NCBI GenBank assembly: GCA_012295275.1
Contig: CM022672.1
Location: forward strand, 14,446,001 to 14,510,000
Direction of reading: 5' to 3'
DNA length: 64,000 bases
From: Chrysomallon squamiferum
Lineage: Eukaryota; Animalia; Mollusca
The position numbers and the translations under genes were made by a program. The notes under the pieces were generated by a model. It was not told the origin of the DNA and searched no databases. It saw only the letters and a list, made by a program, of their open reading frames with translations. This document shows positions 1 through 13,470 of the stretch, piece after piece; position 1 is the first letter of the stretch, and each line of letters opens with the position of its first letter.

Positions 1-492
1 ATAATATAAATAAATAAAAAATAACAATAATAATAACAAAATAACAACAACAATTATACTAAATAATAATAATAAGAACAACAACAACAATATGAACAAC
101 AACGACGACGAAGACAGCATCAACAACGGCAACGCCAACGCTAGATAGACTATTAGACACGGACATATATTTGGAAAATGTGCAGCTAGCGCGCTGAATT
201 TTTTTTATTACTTTAGAAAACAAAAACTTTTTTCTTCTTGAAAGTGATACGACATTAACCCGAATCTTTTCTGAAATTTCTGATCCGCTCAGTTATTTGT
301 TTCTTTTCTTTTCTTTTCTTTTCTTTTCCTCTTCTGTTATTTTTTATTTATTTATATATTTTTTTTTTTTTTTTTTTTTTGTTGTAATAATGATCCCCCA
401 TTCAAACCTGCCAGTGAAATAATTTAATCCTGTCGTATGTGAAATATGTACGTAATGTCACACAACCATCGAATTCTTTACGTGAATGAGTC

Positions 493-529
<37 letters not shown>

Positions 530-1480
530 CTCTGGAAAGAGTAACACCCTGTCACGCTTGTCACTGCATAATTAGATTCAGACTGGACTGACCAATCAGC
601 AGTCAGCTCTCAAAAAAACATCAGGGGTGTAGCCAGCAGCCTGTTCCAATTTGCCTGTCAACGTAACGATGGCCACGGTGTCAGCGCCAGTGGAGAACGC
701 AATAACACGGCGGATAAAGGTGACACCTAAATTATTAGTAAATGGCTTACATAATGAAAATGCAAAAAACTGTGTCACACCGACGAAGGGATTTATTATA
801 ACAGACAAACAGCGGTTCTGACATTTCTGTTTAGAAGTGAATGTAGGTAACAGATGTCTTGCTGTTCTACGATTTCATCTCATTTCTTTCTTTAAAAAAA
901 AACTTTTTAAGGGATAAGATTGTATGTCAGAGCAAGACTGAATAATAATAATAATAATAATAATAATGATGATGATGATGATGATGATGATGATAATAAA
1001 TAAATAGATAAATAAAAAGAATTTATATATATTTAACCTATGTCTAATGTTGGTGTTTGTACGGACTAATACGTTGGGGTGGGGTGGGGGGTTAGGAAGC
1101 ACCGGTCCGGAAAATGCAAAAATCTGGGAAATCACGAAATGTAAATATTAACCCGAAGCATTAAACTTTACCACACATAACAACATAATATATTAATATC
1201 ATAACGTAAGAACAATACATGGACATAAAAACAATGTAAACAAATGTCATACAAAAGTGTATGTTAAGAAAAATGTACGAAAAATGTAGCCTAGTTTGGG
1301 ATGTGTAGGTCAGGATGGGTTATGAACGCAAAAGTAAAAATCTACTCTTACCTTGATGGAAAGTGGGTTGAGAAAGAGCTGCTGTAATCACTGAGTTGGA
1401 CTCTTAATAGAAACCAGAGGTAAGCTTTCGAGTGGGTAAGGGCTGTAGTTTTGTTATTTTTTTTCAGATTTGGTCCTGAA

Positions 1481-1519
<39 letters not shown>

Positions 1520-1783
1520 GTACCCAAACGCACACAGATAGACATTATCTATACCTGTATGTATTACAGACACGCACACATACCCAACCACACAGGTACA
1601 TACATGCACGTACATATTAAATACATACTTACATATCTGTATCAGAATTAAAATACAGCACTCGAAATTGAATGTTTATCTTACGAACTGCGATGATTAG
1701 TGAATGGTGAGAAAATAGTTTATACATCTGTAACGTTTTTATTTCACTCTTAGTCATTCTGAGTAATGTATTGTTAAAGATAT

Positions 1784-1839
<56 letters not shown>

Positions 1840-3071
1840 TCTTAAAGGGAAGAGATCGTTTTTCGATGGAACTTAATGTGAATAGAGTTACTTCCCTTGA
1901 ACTAGAACTTTGGATTGCTATTGATCAAAAACAATTCTCAAAAGTTTTTCTCATTAAAAAGTAGCTACATTTATTTATTTATTTTATATTTTTTATTTTT
2001 TGGTACAAACTAGTTCCATTCTGGCTGTTTAATAAATCTACTCTTTCAGACAACTTTTACATATAGAAAAAAATTAAATTATCGTTTTCGAAAATCTTCC
2101 AATACGGCCTAGACAATAACAAAATAATCTGTCATTTATTCAGGTTTCAACAACTATAGCTGTTGGTGATTTTCTTTGTCTATAATTTAGACCTACTCCA
2201 AGATCCTCATTAACAATTTTCTTATAACAGCAACAGGAAATTCAATATCTTTAAATCGGCGAAAAGAAAACAAATCCCTTAAATTCCCACAAGCAATTAG
2301 AAACAAGCAGTTAGCTTTAATGAAGTTCATCATAATCACCATAACGACAGTAATAAAATAGATACGTAAGTACGTAAACAAACAAACAAACAAACAAACA
2401 AACAAGAAAACAGACAAATAAATAAATAAATAAATAAATATTAACATCATCAAAATAAAAGAAAAAATAGACATACCTTTTGTTTGATAAAGTCATTATA
2501 TAAACAAACAAAACTCTCTTCTGGTTTTACAGTTATATATTTATCATCATCATCATCATCATTACTACTGCTACTTATACTTATGGAAACTAAGTAAATA
2601 AAATTGTTGATTTATTTTGATGACATGTCTCCAGTAACAACAGTTTGACGTCATAAACACACAACGACACTTTATATATATATATCTGTAGTAAGGCAAT
2701 TGTTGTGACGTCATGACAATAGTAACTGGATTACTAGATCTTTGAGGTCAACTTTTATTTGAAGGTAAGAGGAAATAAGATTTGTATCATTCAATAAAAC
2801 AGAAATATAAAGATTTAAATCTAACATTTATTAACAGGTTGTCGTAAGTGTTTGTTCCATTTTATTCCTTACTTGCGCATAAAAGGTGTGTTTGTACGTA
2901 TGTATGCATGTATTTTCGTTACACATTATATTGCATTTGAATACTTTTGTTCTATTCTCGATTATCTAATACATTCTTCACTCAGCTTTCGATTTGAATA
3001 TTTAATTTAGATCGTCGACTGTCACACGTATACACACACACACACACAGACACACTCACCCAGACACACAC

Positions 3072-3118
<47 letters not shown>

Positions 3119-4462
3119 CGAAGCACCTTTTTTGTTTGTTTGTTTTTTTTTTAAAGAAAAGAAAAAAAAGAAAATCCTCCACAAAAAAAAGAAAAAAAAC
3201 ACAACAAATAAACATCACACATGTGTAGTCTATCATTAAGCCACTCTTATTTAAACTCATTTTGTTCTGTCTTTGCCTACGATGCTTCAACGAAGACCAA
3301 AAATAAACACACGAACTTCAAGAGAATGTTTTTAATTCGGTGTCATTTAATATGTATTTCGTTCATTTAATTTAATTTACAGCCGAGTAATTTCTCCAAA
3401 AGCTGACCGGGATTCGTCGCTTCTTTGATCAACTTCACTGTAATCAGTGCCGCTAATCGATTTTTAACTGGACCAGATAAGACACAAAGTTAGCGGTTCG
3501 TTGCGGGATTTTCTCGCTGACCATATGGCACGTTATCAACCGCTGAGGCGTTTATCATCAGCTTTTGGGCCGCAACTGTTAATGACGAAAATATAAACAC
3601 TGTCTCAAACTTTAGATAAGAGAACTTATCGCTAAGATCTTCAAATGCGGAGAATGTTCCAGACTCTAAATAATTAAAGGCAGGTTTGAGAACCCTGATG
3701 ACAGACAGCAGAGTGGATCGAGTGTTTACATCTCCGTTTCGCAAAAACTTACACTGAGAAAGTTCTCACAGCGCGACAGTCGGAGAATTCAGAGAATTTC
3801 AAAACAAAACCTGACTACTACTGCTACGACTTCTATTATTATTATTATTATTACCACTACTAATACTGTTACATCTGCAGCAACAACAACAACTGCTACT
3901 ACTTATGAACAAAAACAACAACAACCACTATCACTACCAATAATAATGCTACTACTACTGTTACGACCACTACTATATACAGCAACCACCACCACCACCA
4001 CTACTACTACTACCACTACTACTATGACCACAACTACTAATACTACCACTATTATTTCTAATACTACTACTATCACCACAACCGTTTACTACTACTATTA
4101 TTACTATTTCTACAACTGCTATAACTAATGCTACTACTACTGATTGTTATTTCTACTACTGCTTCTGCTGCTATTGCTACTACCACTGCTACCACTACTA
4201 CTAATACTACTATTACTACCTATTGCATCAGTTCTGCTTCTGCTAAGCTGATATTATTAAATCGAATCCTAATACTTCGATTTCTGTTACTCTGCTATTG
4301 CTTTGATTACCAGTGTGCAGCAGCTACCACTACATCATTAGTGTTAGTTGTTTTCTGCTACGTTTTCTGTCATCACTATTATTACTACTGTTGTTGCTGC
4401 TACTAAGACTATTAGTACTGCTAGCACTAATACTAGTAATGATGATGATGATGATGACGATG

Positions 4463-4512
<50 letters not shown>

Positions 4513-4786
4513 TGATGTGATGATGATAATAACTACAACAACAACATCAATAATAGGAGTAACACAGTTTCAACACAGGTCAAAGTATATATATTTAAAA
4601 TGTAATTTTTATTATCAATAAAAAATATATCAATTTGTAATTCAAATTACTTGGAATATATCATGACATATATATTATACTGTTTCTTTCTTTTCTTTTT
4701 TAAAAGAAGAAGAAAAAGAAGAAGAAGAAGAAGAAAAAACATATTCCTAAAGGAAAATCGAGTATAACTATTTTAATGAAGAATGC

Positions 4787-4817
<31 letters not shown>

Positions 4818-5526
4818 AATTTGTTTTTCTTTTTTCATTCTGTAATGTACTTTTATACTGAAAATAATTGAAAAACGATTCAAGGTTATGCTGTACAGTT
4901 GCAGAGTTGTATTTATTAGCATTTTGAAATAGTTCACTAACGAATTAAACAGATGTTTACTGTTTTTAGAAGTGAGATACTGAGAGTATGGCAGAAAAGT
5001 AAAAAAATTGTGTTTAAAGAAGTAGATGCATATATGACGGAGAGGAAAGGACATAAAGAATAAATAACAGAGGCGTAAAAGAAAACAAACATTCAGAACA
5101 GTAACAACATGGTATTGTTTTGGAACTGGAGTACTGGATAGAAAAACAGACAGCTAGATAGTCATAAATGTATATGTGAGTCTGTGTGTGTGTGTGTGTG
5201 TGTGTGTATGTTGTGTGCGCGCGCACGCTTAGAAGATGAAGAAAGGGAGATACAGAAAAAAAGAAGAAGATGAGGACTGAACGGATAAAACACTGATATT
5301 ACTTATCTGATGATAAATAATATGCAAAATATAACAGCTGTCACTATAATAATTATTTATATTCATTCTATACAAAATCACAACATCACAATCTTCACTG
5401 TCACATTTCCAAACATCCCACGTAGGTTTTTTTTTTTTTTTTTCGTTTCAGAAAGCTTTATATGTGAATGTTCATCTTCACGTAATTCTTAACGGATGTC
5501 ATCGTGTGCGCAGGAACGGAAGTGAA

Positions 5527-5713
5527 CTATCCGGCGTTTCGCGCCGACTCGTCAACCCACGGCTGTAGGTTCTGCAGAGCGTTCAGTGACGTGTTGCTAA
5601 GACACAGCGGGTCCCGGATGTCGTAGACTGTCTTGCTGGCCTCCGCTTGCAGACTGAGCATCAGTCGATTGGAGGCCTGTCTTTCCGCTTCCCTTTCTTC
5701 CGCGGTTTGTCGT
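5527..5713 (-). CDS. Tlx: Tlx-a coding exon 3 (C-terminus)
   Basis: Acceptor TTATCAG, phase 2. Encodes [22 protein letters not shown]...[14 protein letters not shown], both conserved Tlx C-terminal motifs. Stop TAG at 5529-5527. Confidence 0.95.
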
Positions 5714-6192
5714 CTGATAAATGAGCAAACGTCACAAATCATAAAAATATTATGTTATAAGAGCTATTTTGTGAATTAATAATACAAACAATAGTCTATA
5801 TAAAAACAAATAACGGCACACACTGTATACGTATACAGTAATCAATAAGTCAGTCTTTTTCCTTTTATGGTTAAATTGCGTTTAGAATTAAGAAGATTAA
5901 ATAGTTTTATTGTGCACGTCCTATTTCGACTACACTCCAGTCTTTTAATAATATCAAAGCATGAGAAAACGTGTGGGCTGCAATTTTTACTTTTTATTTC
6001 ATGACATATTTTTTTTTAGAAACATTAAAGTACGCATAATTCTGAATAAATCATTGCAAAAATTCCATGTGAAAAAGATAAAAAATAACTAAAATGTATA
6101 AAAATAGTATTTAGGTGGGTTTTTTTTCTTACATCACAGGTATACTTTATTCAGAATTATTATTACTACTATCATTATTGGGTTTTTGGGTG

Positions 6193-6246
<54 letters not shown>

Positions 6247-6424
6247 TACTATTATTATTCTTGCTGTAATTGTTGTTATTACTGTTGTTACTTTCATTGT
6301 TATTATTATTATTATTATCATCATTATTTTTATTATTATTATTATTCAGATTTTATTATAACAATCGTTGTCATCATCATCATCATTATCATCATGATAA
6401 TCATTATCATAACGCTCATCGTCA

Positions 6425-6461
<37 letters not shown>

Positions 6462-6509
6462 TTATTATTACTACTACTACTATTACTACATACACGCAAA
6501 GCTCGTTAC

Positions 6510-6726
6510 CTCCATTTTGTTCTTCTGTTTTGGAACCAGGTTTTCACCTGCGCGTCTGTCATTTTCAAACCTTTGGCGAGTGACGACCTTTCAGCTGAAG
6601 CCAGGTACTTTTGTCTGTGAAATCTCTTTTCTAATTCCATAATCTGAAGTCTTGAGAATGAGGTTCTGGGCTTTTTTCTCTTGGGTGGGGTTCTGTTTTG
6701 ATATGGGTGACCTATTCTGCGCACGA
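6510..6726 (-). CDS. Tlx: Tlx-a coding exon 2 (homeodomain)
   Basis: Acceptor TTTCAG at 6727 and donor AG|GTAACG at 6509. Encodes [71 protein letters not shown], which is diagnostic for Tlx (VKTWFQN). Confidence 0.97.
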
Positions 6727-7014
6727 CTGAAATGAAAAAGTCTGTTTGATTTGACCATACTGTTTCGTGATCGTAGAATAAATAAATAAATAATTTATTT
6801 TTTAATATTTTGATAAGTGGGTCTGAAAATGTTAGTATACGGAGACCTACGGAACAAAAATCAAAAAGTCGATATAATGTTTTCTAAAAATATCAATTAA
6901 TTTGTTTATATTACATATAATGATTTATACAATCGCTGATGTTCGTATAATTTTATTGTGTAATAATTTTATATAATTTGTTGTATTTTATAAAATTATT
7001 CTGAACAGTAATTA

Positions 7015-7068
<54 letters not shown>

Positions 7069-7187
7069 TGAACAGTAATTACGATATATATATATATATG
7101 TATGTATTGTAATGACTGTTCAAAATAGGTTTATAAAATGCATATGTATGGATGTTTGTATATATATATATATATATAGATAGATAT

Positions 7188-7557
7188 ATGAATATGATTA
7201 TCTCTATAATTTTCTATATTATTAAAAACTGAGATCAGATTTATAAGATTTTAAGATCTGGTGTTTCTTTACACACACACACACACACACACACATGTTT
7301 ATATATATATATATGTGCATGATGAATGTATGTATGTGTATATTTATATATATTTATGCATTTTATAAAACTATTTTGAACATAAAATGCATATGTATAT
7401 ACACACACAGACATATAAATGTATATAGATATATATATATAAGCATGTGTCTGTGTGTATATAATTATACAAATAAACAAACACCAGATCTTAAAATCTT
7501 ATAAATCTGATTTCAGTTTTTAATAATATAGAATATTATAGAGATAATCATATTCAT
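7188..7557. repeat. Inverted repeat with 79-bp arms in Tlx-a intron 1
   Basis: 7188-7266 is the reverse complement of 7479-7557 with 2 mismatches. The spacer is (CA)/(TA) microsatellite-rich. Confidence 0.85.
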
Positions 7558-7791
7558 CAATACCTAGCTGAAAAATATATCTTAAATAATATTTATTTAT
7601 TTATTTTAAACTACTCCTTTCTTTCTTTTTTATTTATTTACTTACTTATTTATATATTTATTTATTTACTTAGTGACTTATTTATATAATTTCTTACTAA
7701 CTTACTTATAATTTTATTAATTTACATATTTTTTTATCATGAACTAACTAATGAAAATAATTTTTTTATTAATTAATTAATTAATTAATTA

Positions 7792-7847
<56 letters not shown>

Positions 7848-8981
7848 GGATGAATACTTTACGAATTTTCTTGAAAAAAAAAATACACGTATTTAAAAAT
7901 AAATACTGATAATGATTTTAAAAAAAACCTTCTTTTACTTTTATACCGCTGTAAATAATAAGAGATTGCAATGTTTTTGATATATTATTAATATATTTGC
8001 ACTGATATATTTAGTTTATATACAAAGAACATCGATAATCGAAGCAAAGCGAAATATGAATTGTAGTTTGGGTTTATTTTGAAAAACAACGATGTTAAAA
8101 TAGCATATTTTTGAAATAATAGTTTGTTAATGAAATTAAATAAAGAAGTTAAGTTCATCAGAGTAATAGGATAAAATAAACATTATTCAGTTTTTATTGT
8201 TATGAGGTAACAGAAAGAAAAAGAAAAGGAAAAAAAAAATTAAACAAAAGAAGAACATATTTATTTTTTGATAGTATAATTTTTATGTTGTCTGTTTGTA
8301 TAAAAGTGTTTATTTAAATAAATAAATAGATAGTTAAACACATAGACAGTTAAAACGATAGATACAGACAGACAAAAAAAAAATAAAAATAAATAACTGT
8401 AAACAGAAATTATTAATATATTTTAAAGATAAGATAAATGATTAAATAAAAATTAAAAAAATTAACAATATTAATTTTTTAGATCATGGTAGAAAATATT
8501 AAAAACAAAATAAATAATAAAATAAATATATTATTGCGCTAATGATTTTCACATACCCATTTCAAATTTTTTTCATATTTATTAATTGCATTTTTTGTAT
8601 TGTTATTATTGTTTGAACTGTCTGTATTTACCAAATGTAAAAGTAAATAAATAAATAAATATATATATATAAAATAACATACATAAACACCTAAATACGT
8701 AAGTAAAATAAAATATAACTCATTTAAATATGTTTCAATCAATAACTGAAAAATAATGTATATGAAATATAGTAATTAAAATATTTTATATGAAGCTAAT
8801 ATTTATTTATTTATTTATTTATTTATTTATAAGCAGTTACTGGCAGGCGCATATATTCATATTTCTGTAAATAAATATTATAGGTTATAAATTATATAAA
8901 AATTAATAACCGGATATTCAAATTGATTTTATTATTTAATATATAGCAGTTGTAGAAAACAATAACAACAACAACAACAAC

Positions 8982-9012
<31 letters not shown>

Positions 9013-9254
9013 GAAAGAATAAAAAGTAGTTAAGTAGCAATATTTATTTAAATACGACAATTTAAACTGAAGATAAGTTTAAGAAAAGAAACAAGAAACA
9101 TTTTTGAAAATCCTACGATAGAAAGAAAAAAGAGAGGAAGAAAGAAAGAATTAAAGAAAATCACCAGCAAAGGTATAATAACATAAACATTATCTTTTTT
9201 AAACACTTCAAAATCCGTCAGTATTAAAATTAATGAATCTTTACAATGATTTAC

Positions 9255-9666
9255 CTCCAAATCTGTCTCTTCTTATGTCTAACCAAGGCACAGCGTAACT
9301 CGTCCATACCGGGACAACAGGATGTGGTCGATGCATGGGGACGCGAATGACCCCGGGTCCTTCTGTCCCACCGAATAACGGCAAGCAAGTGACGGGTCCC
9401 ACGGGGAGTGGATTGGTATCGTGGAAACGTCCATAACTCGAAGTATAGTCGTAGAGCGAGCTGGAAGAGTTCTGTTCGAGCGACAGAGAAGTTTTTAAAA
9501 AATCACCGTTTCTAGAATTACCGTCCCGCTTCTCTCCGAGAATTTTCTTAATACTAAAAGACAGTTCAGTTCTGGACTCTTTCGAACATTCCGTGTCCCC
9601 TTCCTCAGGCTTTGACGATGGCGTCGTGGATGATGATGATGATGACGATGATGATGACGATGACAT
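9255..9666 (-). CDS. Tlx: Tlx-a coding exon 1 (poly-Ser N-terminus, eh1 motif, GVIRVPxHRP, PW motif)
   Basis: ATG at 9666 with an in-frame TGA upstream at 9687-9685. Encodes LSFSIKKILG, GVIRVPMHRP and VPWLDIRRDRFG. Donor G|GTAAAT, phase 1. Confidence 0.92.
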
Positions 9667-9759
9667 GATTTCAAAAAAAGTTCGTCAAGAAATACACGGT
9701 TCACCAAACAGCAGTGGATTAATTTAACAAATTTAACATCATCATTGTCGTTTGCTAAC

Positions 9760-9790
<31 letters not shown>

Positions 9791-10019
9791 TTGAAGAGTT
9801 TTATAAAAGTATAGTAAATTTATAGGGTTTTTTTTTTTTTTGTTTTTTTTGTTGGTTGTTGTTTAATGAATCCTGAAGGCTTGTTTTAATCTAGAGTGTT
9901 AGGGGGTAAACAAAGCGTGTTACTTCGGCTACATTAACTAAACATAACGAGTTGTTAGTGAGATCGCATATACCAAAAAGTCAATTACCAAGAGAATCAT
10001 TCACCGACGTAAACACGAA

Positions 10020-10140
10020 ACGTGCGTAAAATCTCGCCCATTTCCGCGGCTCGGTCACTCATTGGCTGCGAGGGGAAGCTTTCCAGCGCACCAATCTGTC
10101 ACAACACCCCGCCCTGTTTCAAGCCCCGGCGGACCTCGCT
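10020..10140 (-). promoter_or_regulatory. Putative Tlx-a proximal promoter (two CCAAT boxes plus GC box)
   Basis: CpG-rich patch ~400 bp upstream of the ATG with ATTGG at 10061-10065, CCAAT at 10091-10095 and CCCCGCCC at 10107-10114. Confidence 0.55.
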
Positions 10141-12151
10141 GTTAACAAACAAATTACTTTTTCGGAGAGTTTTCAAAGACGAAAAGATGTCAGGCCTTTG
10201 ACAATCGATGTAAACCGTTTGAAGCGAAAGAAACACGGCGGTTAAGATGTGTGACGATTTTGTGTTGATGCGCACGTCTTGTAATTAAAATGCAGCAAGA
10301 AGTGATGATTTTTGTAATTAGAAAAAAAAAAAATCTTTCATGAATTTCGTTTCTTGCATTTTTATTATTATTATTTTTTTTTTATCTGCAGTTGTTGTTT
10401 GCTTTTGTGGGGTTTTTTTTTTTTTTTTTTTTCAATTATTGCTAAGATTGCGCAATACAGGTTCGCGCATTTTAAAAATTATTTTGTCATCATCATAATC
10501 ATTACCTTCTTCTTGTTCTTGTTCTTCTTCTTATTATTATTATTAGTAGTAGTTTAATTACTACTACTACTACTAAAATTATTATTATTATTATTATTAT
10601 TATTATTGTTACTGTTGTTGTTATCATGTTTGGAAAAAACCTTACTTCGTGCACATATAATTTTACAATGAAATATAATATTATTTACATTCTCAACTCA
10701 ACCTGCACGCCTTCTCCACACCTTCACAAATACTATAAGTATCCGTTAAAAGAAATGGCAGATATGTCTAAAAATGCATTTGTTTTTCGACATTCATTGC
10801 TTTAACCAAACAAAAACCGACTCTTGTATATTTTCATGTACGCTGTTAACTATATATAGATTTATAGGTTACCATTAATGTAAAACACGATAAATTATTT
10901 TGCTTCTCAAAAAAAATAAAAAAATAAAAAAAAAATAAAAAAATGTATTAACATGATATACATAATCTCGTTTTCTTTTTGTACATAATTATATCACTGA
11001 TATACATATTGTATATTTTTACATTTCTGTTTAATTTCAACGTTTCTGCATGTATTATTTTAGTATGTGAATGTGCGTGCGTGTGTATGCGTGCGTGTAT
11101 GTGTGTCAAATATTACACAAAGAAAAAAATAAAGCTCAACATTCTACAACAGCTTAATAAATCGGGTTGATACGAACACGCACACGCACACGCACACGCA
11201 CACGCACACGCTCACACGATCACGCACGCACCCACAGAGCGCTGGAATCAGTATTCCGCTCGGGTCAGTCGCTCTTATCGGCGGAACTCAACGTTCATTT
11301 ATCATCTCGTCAGCTATAAAGACAAGCAGAGAAATATTTACATCTCCGCCCGCGTGTCAACACTCGCCGTAAACAGTTTACGTTCGGCCCGTCACACGCG
11401 CGCTACTCAAAACCTCGTTAATTACACGTGTTTCGTCACACCAGTCGAGACGAGATACACATCGAAAACACCACTCCGCACGTTCTCTCTCTCTCTCTCA
11501 AACCCGAAAAGATGGCGCTTGTTAAACACTTCCGCCTCAGACATCGGCGGGAACGAAGTGTTTGCGAAATGGCGGTCGGACAGATCCTTTTTAGCTATAT
11601 CCGAGGTTTAGATCCGCGTCGAGGCCTGTTTTAACAGTTCTGCGATCGAAAAAAAAAATGCGAAAGGTTGTTACGACATCACTTCAGATGTTACGCTGAA
11701 TGTCTTTTTATAGAGGTCGAATTATGACAGGCATTCATTTAGTTCTTTAATAGAATTATGGTAATCAAACCCACGTCGAGGCAATAAAGTGTTAACAGAC
11801 ACTTGCATGGCTTTTGTTTCATACAGATCTGTATTATGTTAGTTGTCAATGATAATAGTTTTAACAATAACCAAATAAACGTTTAAGAATAAAGAATAAT
11901 AATTTTTTTTTTTTTTTTTTTTAAATCTTCAGATGTTTTGCTTTAATTTTATTTATAATTTGAATGAAACAACAGTAACAGTACTACTACTGCTACTACC
12001 ATTGCCAATATTACTACTACTATTATCACTATTAGTTCGCTTTTACTACTATTAAAATTACTAATATCGCTACTATTATTATTAATACTACCACTACTAC
12101 TACTGCTATTATTAGCGTTACAACAACTACTACTATCAATAACAATAACAA

Positions 12152-12183
<32 letters not shown>

Positions 12184-13034
12184 ATAATAATAATAATGAT
12201 TTTTTTCTAAATAAAGTTCGTTCGTAGAGATGCTATATTAGCTAGAGAAAGCTTTGTTAATTAGAGTACACATGGTATAGTTTTCTAATTACGTGTTAAA
12301 AAGTCACGTACTAAAATCGAGTCAGGCAATCGTTTTAATACCCACTAAATTTACACCCAGGCAAACGATCTCACTAGCTACCATTCTTCACGCTCATGTT
12401 TAATCTCCGCATCACGAAACAAGCAAGCTTATCTCGAAGTGTACATGTTTAACTTATCCGCTAAAAGACACGGCAGATACGTCTCACAAAAATACATTCG
12501 TTTTCGACGTTTATTGCCTTAACGAAACAAAAACCAATTGGTTTCCGTACAGCTAATTGCGTTCCGCAGTGCTGACGCATGGCGTATTTTAAAGAATGAC
12601 AATATATAATCTTTTTTCTTCGCCTCTCTCGTTCGGCTCTTTATTCCTGGGACCCCAGCTGCAGTGATCAAACGAACGGACGAATAGACGGAGACAGTAA
12701 GTGAATTAGTAACACAGACAGAGAGGTCTGAACGGTACGCAGACGTCTTCAAGACAGACAGACAGACAGACGTGTAAAGACAGTTAACAAATAAATAAAA
12801 AACCAGCAACCACAACGTTGGATGGATGATAGTCTGTAAAACGGTTAACAGTAAAACGTTTTGGTCAAGAGAATAAAGAACATTTAAAACATGATCTAGA
12901 GTGAAGAAAATGACGAGTAGGCTCCTGTTAGTATTTATTAGTGTGATCCTGATTCCATCGTCATCTTATACATACACAAAAACCAGCCTGCATAATTTAT
13001 ACATTCAGCCACTTGTATATGTACAGCTACATAT

Positions 13035-13470
13035 ATGTGTGTGAGTGTGTGTCTGTTTGTGTGTGTGTGTGTGTGTGTATGTGTAAATAAACAAATAAGT
13101 ATATATATATATATACATATACAAACATACCCATACACGTAAGCACATATGCATAAACACACACAGATACATCATATATACATTTATACATACATACATA
13201 CACACACACGTACACACACATACACATAAATACACAAAAACATACATACATACATACACATATACACACATACACACATACATACATATACACATACATA
13301 CAAACACACACACATACATACATACATAGACACAAACATACATACACATACATACACACACAAACACACACACATACATACATACATACAACGCAACAAA
13401 ACACCAACTCTCTCTACCTTTGCCACAACTGACATACATTCATTCATACATACTTACACACACAGAGGGA
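13035..13470 (+). repeat. Compound (GT)n/(CA)n/(CATA)n microsatellite
   Basis: Direct inspection; source of several spurious Val/Cys/Tyr/Met ORFs. Confidence 0.85.

Larger units (their letters stand above)
5527..9666 (-). other. Tlx: Tlx homeobox gene, paralogue a (gene span start to stop; 3 coding exons, ~271 aa)
   Basis: Exons 9666-9255 (412 nt), 6726-6510 (217 nt) and 5713-5527 (187 nt) join in frame through GT-AG introns of phase 1 and 2, giving 816 nt. The protein has an eh1 motif FSIKKIL, GVIRVPMHRP, a PW hexapeptide-like motif, [20 protein letters not shown], a Thr47 homeodomain and C-terminal [11 protein letters not shown]. Confidence 0.96.

Noticed and set aside
3490-3744. 84-aa ORF as a possible fourth Tlx-a exon or separate gene
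   Set aside because: Tlx-a already ends at 5527 after its conserved C-terminal motif, and I recognise no homology.
6115-6642. 175-aa plus-strand ORF
   Set aside because: Made of (TAT)n microsatellite plus the antisense of the Tlx-a homeobox exon.
9495-9707. His-rich 70-aa ORF
   Set aside because: Alternative frame of the (TCA)n poly-Ser tract in Tlx-a exon 1, with a non-ATG start.
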